This document shows positions 8,156 through 17,100 of a stretch of 29,397 bases of DNA, in pieces. The notes beneath the pieces were generated by a model that saw nothing but the letters and a program-made list of their open reading frames with translations, was not told the DNA's origin and searched no databases. Source of the stretch: an uncultured virus (IMG/VR IMGVR_UViG_3300044627_000710) (lineage: Duplodnaviria > Heunggongvirae > Uroviricota > Caudoviricetes); the IMG/VR virus record IMGVR_UViG_3300044627_000710; one strand, given 5' to 3'. The translations under genes were made by a program, and so were the position numbers. Position 1 is the stretch's first letter. Each line of letters begins with the position of its first letter.

Positions 8156-11100
8156 CCATAGCGGCCAACTTGATCTTGTACTGGCGTACCCGATCAAGGA
8201 ATTCCCGCTTCTCATCAGGCGTCTTGGAGGATGCCCGGATGGCGGCTTCAAGCTGCGTCAACTGCCCCATCTCCTGACGGTAGTAGCCTTCCAACTCTGC
8301 ACGAACGTAGTCACTCTTGCGTTCCTCCATGAGCGCCCTGGCCTGGGCGATCTCACCTCGGTTGATCAACTCCGTGACTGTGCGCTGAGTCTTGCGTGCT
8401 TCGTCTAGCGTGTCATAGGTATTGTTGATGATCCACCCCGCATCGTTAGGTTGGAACAGTGCGCCGACCACAGGCATCTGCGACATGCGCTTGGTTGCTT
8501 TCTCCGGGCCTTCCTTCGGCGTGATCGGCAAGCTGGCGATCTGCAAGGTAGCCAGACCCAAACCTGCAAAGTAACCCCGCACCGCTTCCTCGAACATGAT
8601 CGGGCTGATACCCGTAGCCCCGCCAAACAACTTGGCAAGCTCAGTCGTGTTGTCGCGGTACTGCTGCTCAGGCAGAAGTTCCTGCTCTCTCTTGGACAGG
8701 ATGCTGCGCCCTTGGAAGAAGCTGTAGTTGGCGCCGATCTGCACGGGTGTGGCGATTGCCTGTGGCACGAACCAGTTGCTCGCACCGGGGATAACGTTGC
8801 GCAGCACAGCCAACATCGCTCCCTTGGCTTCGTCTGCCGCTGCGGCGGTCTTAGCCACCAATCTGTTGTACAGCGCCTCGGGCAGCGCCTTGAAGATGTA
8901 GCCCGGCTCAAAGGGAATTGGGATACGCAGCGGCTCTTCGACTCCGGGGATGCGCACAAACCAGTTGAAGTACTTCTGCTCCGGCGTAGCGTTCTTGTAC
9001 GCCTCGTCGCCCTGCATATGGTGTGCGTAGGCCAGAGAGATGGCGATCATCATGGTGGCGCGGGTGATCAGCTTCTCCTTGATCCGCGCCCGATCAGACG
9101 GGCTGAGTTGGCCGAACATCGCCTTGTACAGCACGTTGATACCCTGAATCTGCGCATTGAAGAAGGGGTACAGCGCGTTGGCGGCGTGCACGCTTGGAGA
9201 AGCGCCGCGCTTGTTGAAGTTCATCGACTCCAGCGCAAGCAGTGTGGCCTCCATCTGGGACATGCCCTGCTTGATGTAGCTGTTGTACTGAGAGCGCCGG
9301 GTGGCCGCATCAACCTCAGCGGCTGAGGCTTCAAGACCTGCAAGCAAGCGAGTGGCGTTGACGCCACCCTTGGCGATCTCGCGCATGATCTTGCTGATGT
9401 CTTCCGCAGTTCCCGTGAAGACCTGACCCCCAGTAATGCCGCGCTTCTCTAGCACGCCGCGTGTGCCAGCGCCGATTTCCTTCAGAGCACCCAAGACAGG
9501 GGCGGCGTCGGAACCTGCCGCAAGGTAGGCTTGCGTCGTGTCACGGAACAACTGACGGAACATCTGCGCCGGGTTGAGCGTGACCGACTTACGCAGGATC
9601 ATGGTGGGTATAGACATCAGCCGCATCACGCCAGAGACTTGAAGCGGGATGCCCTCCATACCCTTGACGAGCAGGTCGGCAGGTACGCCTGTGTCGATTA
9701 CCTTGTCGCCGATCTTGATCTGCTCGGTCTGGAGGATGGCGTAGCGATCTTCTCCGTGATACTTGAACTTAATCACGTCGCGGCCACTGGTGGGCTTAGG
9801 CGTGATGATTGCCGCGCCCATGTCTGCCAACTCGATGACGGCATTACGCTTGGCGATGTTGTTAAGCGCCATGTCCACGAGCATGTTGGTGTTCTGCACC
9901 GAACTGACCATGAAGTCGAGGATCGGCTCACTGCCACCAACCAGTTGCTCTAAGTGCGGCGTGTCCTTGATGTTGCCGACTTTGAAGGGAGTCTCACCGC
10001 CGATCATCATCTCGACCACGCCGTTGCGTGAGCGATACCAGGGGATGTAGTCCTTGGCCTTGAGCAGACGGTTAGCCTCCTCTTGGTTCATTACACCGGC
10101 CTGCACCATGAAGCGGATTTGGTCGGCGTTGTACTGGTTGTACTCGTCCCGCGCAGACTCGAAGATTTCCTTGAGTCCTTTGACGCTCTCGACCTGCCGC
10201 ACAACATCCCGTAGTTGCGCCTCAGTAACCTGACCGCTGATGTCGAGCTTGTCAAAACCAACACGCTCCGCACGCTTGGCGGCTAGGTAGAAGGTGAACA
10301 GGCGGCTTGTGGCATCAACGTCGCCCACCAAGTTCTTGGCGTCGCGCAGGATCAGCACCACGTTGCGCAGGTTGGCGCCGTCCACGCTCTCGATGATGTA
10401 CTCAGTCTCGCCGTCCGGGCGCTTGTACGGGACAAGTTGCAGAGCGCCGTTACCTGCCGACTGCGATGTGTAGTTCATCTTCTGGTCGTACATGCGCAGG
10501 TAGTACAGCATCTGAGCGCCTTGGTACTTGGGCATGTACTTGGCCAGCTTCTCGAACCCAGCAAAGCGATCCACAAGTTGCGTCTCTGCCCCAAGGAAGC
10601 CGCCCGATGCAGCGCGTACCCGATCAGAGATGGGCTTCTGCTTGGCCACCACCTGATCCACGATACCCATAGCACCTTGCAGCGCCGGGTTGATCGGCGC
10701 ATAGCGTGGGCGCTCGGGTACGTCTACGAGTTCTTCTGGCGGCGGCACGTCCGCAATACGTGCGGGGGTCTTTAGGTCAGGCAGCTTTTCTGGAAGTACA
10801 AACTCAGAGGAATACCACTTAAAAATCTTAGCGTCGTTTATGTCCTTGAAAAACTTAGTAATGTTTTCTGCCGATTCAACTCGACCAACCGCAATCATCA
10901 ACGCTTCAAGTTCTTCTCGGAAAGAGAAAAACGTGTCGGTTACGGCGGGAATACGTTTTGGTTTTGCTTGCCCAATAATTCTTTTTACAGCCATTATTGC
11001 GCGAACGGGCGCGCCTTTTCGTGTCGGCCTAATTTTTTCTAACACTGTGGAGGCGTAATCGGGATCGTTAAGTAGCGCCTCTGTGGTTTCCTGTGGAATG

Positions 11101-14100
11101 CGGATAGCAAACTCATTGAGCACGCTCAGTCCAGCCTGCAACAACCTGAGTGCTTCTTTTTGCTCACGGGTTGTTGCTTTTGACGGGTCAGGAATGGTGA
11201 AAGCAAGTTCTTTTTGTTGAACAACTACATTTGCTTTCTCGGCCAATACGTGAATGTTATCGTCGGGCCAACCGGACTCGCCTTTATTTTTTGCAGCAGC
11301 AACAAAAATCCCGTTAGTGTAATCAGTTAACGCATCAACAAGAACAGTCTTTGGTTCCGCTTCCTTCACATACGGAACTGTTTTTAGTACACCGGTTACG
11401 CCTTTGACTGAGCGAATATAAAACCCGCCTTTTAAGTCAATCCCACTATATTTCCCATCAAAAACGTAACCAATTATGTCATTAACTACCGCTTTATCGT
11501 TAATTTCTACATCATTTTTGTCCCTAACTAACATTAGCGCGTCTATGCTAGTAAGCGCAGGGAAAACGTTTTTGCCTGGGGCTACGTACAAGTCTTTAAC
11601 TGTTTGCAAAGACGGCAAATACGCATTGTCTTGATCAAGAAGCAGCTTTCTAACAGCTTTTACATCTTTTACATCAAGATTCAACGCGTGTGTTTTGCGT
11701 GCTTTTGCTTCGCCGCCACCATACTTTTTATTAATAAGCGCCGTGCCATCGCTAAGCACGTGTATTTCATCGTGGAAAAAATATCCTTTTGAACGATCTA
11801 GTTTTTGAAGTTCTAAAAGTCCTTTTGTAACTTCATCTATTACTGCGGCAGAAGGTTCTGGACGCATTTTGCTAGCATAGCCGTCCAACGCTCTAAACTT
11901 AAACAAATCTTTAATAACAGAGTTAAGGCGCATGCCCGTTAGCATGGTCATACTGTTGCCAGCACTGTTTGTTTCGTTATAAAAATCTTCGTAGTTTTTA
12001 GAATCACCAACAGCAAAATCGCCCTTAATAATTCTAATCAACGATTCTTTACGGGAGAGTTCTTTCAAATACGTGTTTGCGTTATCAAATTCTTTTGTGC
12101 GCAAAAAGTCTTCGGCTATTTTTTGCTGCTCCGCTGTCAGCCATTGCTGCGGCGTGTTGCCGCGAATCTCCCCAATAGAATCTGTACCATACATCCTAAC
12201 GGCAACTTCAGGACGTCCGTCTTTGTAATATATGTAGAAGTCGCCGTCAAAAATCTGACTACGCGCCGTACTTACGTCAGAACCGGTGCACCATGAAGTA
12301 CCTGCGCAAGCGTTGTTAAGGGCAATTGCGGCATTTTCAATCGCATCAGGAACAAGCGTTGCTGTGGCCATCAACGGACGACGATCCGGTAACAACCCGT
12401 CTTCTATAAGCTGCTCAATGGTTTGATCAGCGTCTTCAAAATCAAATTGAGCAAACGCGGCTTCCAATTCTTCTTCTGTATACAACTGTTCAAGAGTAGG
12501 CCGTTGGTCTTTGGTGGTTTGATCAAACTTCTGCCATCCTTGCTTGGTGCTGTTGCGCTGTGCGTTTGCGTCAGCATTGCGCTGTAAGCCGTCAAGGAAC
12601 GCTGCCTTAAGGCTCTTGCCCTTGCGCAACTCTTCAATAACTGCATTAGCCGTTTCTTTGCTTACGACAGCAATAGGATGGCGGTTGTTGTCGGAAATCT
12701 CCGCAAGACGCAAGCGCCCTTCGGGTGTAGACAGTACCGCATAACGCGAAGCCGCCTTAGCTACAAGCGCCTGCTCAGGCCATGTGTAGGAACCGTTGGT
12801 ACGCAGCAAGTCAATCAAACTACGCAGGTCTTCTTTACGGTTCTGGTTGATGGCGTCTGCTTCTTTCTTACGCAGAGCGGCATCCTGCTGCGCTCTAATC
12901 GCCACAAACGTAGTAGGCGTGGCTTCAACAGCGTGCAAAGGATTGTTTGGATCAAAAACTTTGCCGTCCGACATGATGGTGTCGGACTTGTAGTCAAGCC
13001 TGTTTGGGTCAGCCTTTGCCACGTAATCAAACGGCGTCCCGCCCATAGCGTTCAGGAAGTCCATACCAATCCGGTTCACGTCTTCCGGGGTACGGTCTTT
13101 CTGCTTGATGTACTGGGCGAACTGAGATGCAAACTCCTTCATGGAGTTGCTGCCGTCATCGAGCGCGGCGATGTCCTTCTGTGCCAAGTTGCGCGACGTG
13201 ACCGGAGCCTCCATCAGCGCACGCTGGCTCGACGGGATCATCAAGTTATCGACTGCCGCCAGGGTGGCGCCGAGCATCGTCTCGGGATTCTTGATACCGA
13301 GCAAGCGCAGGATGATGCTCTTGATGCCCTTCCAAGCGTCCGACAGACGCCACTTTTTGCCGCGTAGCTGTTCCTGCAAGTTGCTGTTGGAAAGTGCCTC
13401 AGCCACAAACTCCGACAGGCTGCTCTTGGCGTTCTTGCTAGTGATGCCGGGGTCGTTCTGTATGGCGGCGAACAAGGCTTGCAGTTCGCGCTTGGCAATC
13501 AACTGCTCACGGGTCAGCTTGGTTTCGTCTGCCTGGATGACGCGCTCGGTGGCTGCGTGCACTGCTTCGTGCAGCAACACTTCCTGAGACAGACCGTACT
13601 TGGCATCCAGTTGGATCAGCTTGCTGGTCGCAGCGCCGGAGACGCCGTTGCCCTTGTCGTCGGTAAGCCCGTCAACAATCTCGATGCGCGTGCCTTCAAG
13701 AAGCGTGCTGAGCCGCCGTGCTACCGCACGGTTGAGTTCGCTTGCAGTCTTATCGTTGGCGATGTCCTCAAGCGCAGCCACCACATCGTTGTTGCGGATG
13801 GAGTTGACTTGCGTGGGTGTGAGGTCAGGGCTTTCAACCTCGACACCGCGCAGCAACTTACGCTCCTCGGAGACTTCGCCAGTCTCTTCGGCTTCAGTTC
13901 GTGCAAGTTTCCGCGTTTCTGCGCGCAGTGCTTTGCCTGCGGCCTTACGTTCCTGCGCTTGTTTAACTGTGGTTTTTTGCTCTTCAACGAGCTTAGTAAG
14001 TTCCGCTTGCAGTTCACGCTTGCGTGCCTCGGCTGCGCGCTTGGCTTCTTCCTGCTTGGGCGTCAGCTTCGGGTTACCCGTGCGCGTAGTGCCCTTCGGG

Positions 14101-17100
14101 TTAGCCGCGATGAACTTAAGCTGATCGTTGATCTGGTTGAGTTCCGCACGCTTGGCGGCAATATCTCCCAGGGCCGAACGCTGTACGATTTTGTTCAGCC
14201 GTTTCAGTTCAGCCTCGGTAGCCTCCACCGTAGTAATACGCGAACCAACCGGCTGGCCACGGGTCGTAAGACCAGCGCGGCTTTCCTCTGTCCCCGTGCG
14301 CATGGTGGTCGGCGCAGCCGACTGAACTTTGGCAACAGGCCCGAGCTTGCGGCGCTCAGGAGTCTTCGGCTCAGCCAAGCCTTTCTCAGCAAACGACGCC
14401 TTAAGTTGTGCATCAGCCAGACGGCGCTGGGATTCTTCGTACTGCTCAAACGCTTGCACATCCTCCTTGGAGGCAACTTCAAACTGACGAAGCGGTGCGT
14501 TATCAAGAGCCGCATACACGTTGCGGTACGTCTTCTCAATGCTGAGTGCAATTGCGTTCGCCGCCGCTTCTGCGGTTCGTGCTTCTGCTTGGGCAGCGTC
14601 CAAATCTTTCTGGGCTTGCGTAACCCCTTTGCGTGCGTCCCGAGCCTTGGCCAGTTCTTTCTCTGCCTTGGCTACATCGTTTCTCGCCGCATCCAGCGTC
14701 TTGATGGCAACAACGTGCTCTTCTTCTTTCTTAGCAATGATGCCGCGATAGTTATTGATCGTAGTCTGCACAGCGGGATCGCTGGTATCACGCACCACAA
14801 CCGTACGGCGCACACCTGTTGACGGGTACAGCAACGCACGCTGCCGACGCTGCTCTTCAGTCTCGCTAACCTGTGCTTTCTGGACGGCTTCGACTGCACG
14901 TCTGGCCTCACCCTCGGCTTCCCGAGCGGCGCTGAGTTCTGTGCGTGCCTTGTCGATGCGCTCTTGCGCTTTGGCCCCCGCCCGGATGAGCGAGTTGTCG
15001 ATGGTGTCGTTGGCGTGAGCTTCCAGAATCTTGGTTTGCAGCGCCTTGGCCTTGTCGGTGGCTGCAATTACGGCTTGATAGTCCTTGACCGCCTTCTTAA
15101 ATTTATTGTCGAGGTCTTTCGCTGCGGCTTCAATCTTCTTGTCCGTGGGCTTGATGAGCATCTGATTGCTCAGGTACTCGCCCAGTTCTGCAAGCTCGTC
15201 AACTTTCTTTTGAGCAACTGTTTTGCCGCGCTCAAGTTCAACAATCATTGCCGCAATCCGAGCGCGTTCCTCCATGCGACGCTTGTTGATGGCGTCAGCA
15301 ATACGCACTGCCTCGGCGTTCTTGTCCACGGCAGTCTGAAGTGCGCGTTCTGCTGCTTCAGCAGGAGTCTTGGCTTTGCCTGCGGTTAGGCTGTTGACGT
15401 AGTCGTCAGCGGCTTTGCGCTCAGCTTCGATGCGTGCCTCAATAGAGGCAGCGCGCTTGGCCATCATGGCCGCTTGCTTGTTGTATTCGGCCTGCTTGGC
15501 ACGAAGACGCGCCACCTCGGCGCTGTCGAGGAAGCGTTGGAACTTGCCAGGGGTAGTGCGTGTGACTGCTTTGGCAGTTTCTCCAGGGAACAGTTCAGCC
15601 TGTGCACCTTCATCCTGCACAGCGCGGTCAAGTGCGGTGAGTGCTTGCTGTGACTTGTCGTCCAGAGTCAGTGCTTTGCCGTTTGCTTTGTCGCGCACTG
15701 CGTCCATGATGGCGCTGCGCACGAATTGGTTATCTACGTACGGCAGGCGTTTCTGGATGCGCTCAAGCTCCCGCGCTTCTGCATCCGTGGCTTCAGCGTA
15801 GGCTTCCTTGAACAACTGCTCTTCGCTGCGCTCCTTGGCTGTGGCGGCAAACTGCACCCGCAAACCCTCGGCTTTGACGGGCTTGCCCTTTTCCTTGGGC
15901 GCTCTGGCTCCGATGGCCTTGTCGATGACTGACCGAATCTGGGCGCGGATAGTGTTGGATGCGGCGGGGAAACTGCCAAACAGACGCTTGCCTGTTTGAC
16001 TTTCTTTTGCGCCCATCACGATCCGAGTACCACGCATCTGGGCACTCTGTGCCACAGGCGGCATCAAAGCAAGTGCACCGCGCTGGATGAGTTCGTTAAG
16101 TGGCCGCTCAAGTGCTGCGACAAGTTGTAGCTGCTGATCCGTGGTCAGCCCTGGACGGCCAACTTGCGCAAGGCGAGCGTCGGCCTCATTGAGCGCCAAC
16201 CCAACAACGGTATCGCGCATGCGATACGCGCCTTCTTTGAGCGTCCTGACCCTGGTTTCGTCGGAAGGAACCTCACGCTCACGCACGGTGTTGATGAAGT
16301 TCGACAGCCTGTCATACGCCACAAGTTGAGACTGAGACAGACGCGTAACTTGATCAGCCGCTCTAGTCTCAGGAGTTTCTCTACCCTCAACACCGGCCTG
16401 CCTAGCCGTAGCACCCAGCGCGGGAGCTTCGCCTACAACCTCAGTCTCGGGTTCGTTCAAGTCAGCAAGGCGCTTCTTAAGCTCCTCAATGCGCTCTTTG
16501 TTGTTTGTGACCCGAGCGTAGGCAAGCTGAGCACGCAGCGCGTCGCCGCGATCTACGATGCGTACGCCCTCACCAGCAACAACTTGGCCAGCAAAAGCAG
16601 GTTGCTGCCGCTCCAGAATCGACTCAACAATCTGATCGACTTCGGAACTGATCTGCCCCCTGCCAACCGCAGTCGGGGAGGCATAACGCTCACCGATACG
16701 GCGCAGTGCAACTTGTTCTGGAGCAACCTTCTGAGCACGGCGCTCTTCTGCCAGCCGTTCTTCCTCAGCACGGGCTTCTTCTTCCCGCAGCGCAGCCTCC
16801 TGCGCCTCAATGTCAGCAGCGCCGGGTTTGTAGACCCTGGCACCATAGTCAGCACGGGCTTCTTGCGGGGGCAGTCCTTTCAGCGGCTGAGGAGCGCCAA
16901 GGTCAAGCGCCTGCTGAACGCCGCCGTACTGCGACAATTCTTCTTCGAGCTTCTGAATCTTGGCGTCAAGTTTGTCAGCCGCCGCAGGGTCGAAGCCCGG
17001 CCCTGACATGTTCTTGAGGTCTTGGCGTGCCTTGTCCAGTTGCGCTTGCAACTTCTGCGCTTTGGCAATCTCGTCGGTGTAGACACCGGCTTTCTTGAGT

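Noticed and set aside
10770..12545. Low-GC segment as intron, intein or DGR variable region
   Set aside because: Frame is continuous; no intein C/S...HN-C/S/T ends or homing-endonuclease motifs recognised; no reverse transcriptase or template repeat in the window
13479..14822. 447-aa + strand ORF and other long antisense ORFs (8451-9326, 16164-17006, 19665-21032, 22505-24085)
   Set aside because: They lie opposite well-supported genes, show no recognisable motifs, and long antisense frames are expected in GC-rich coding DNA
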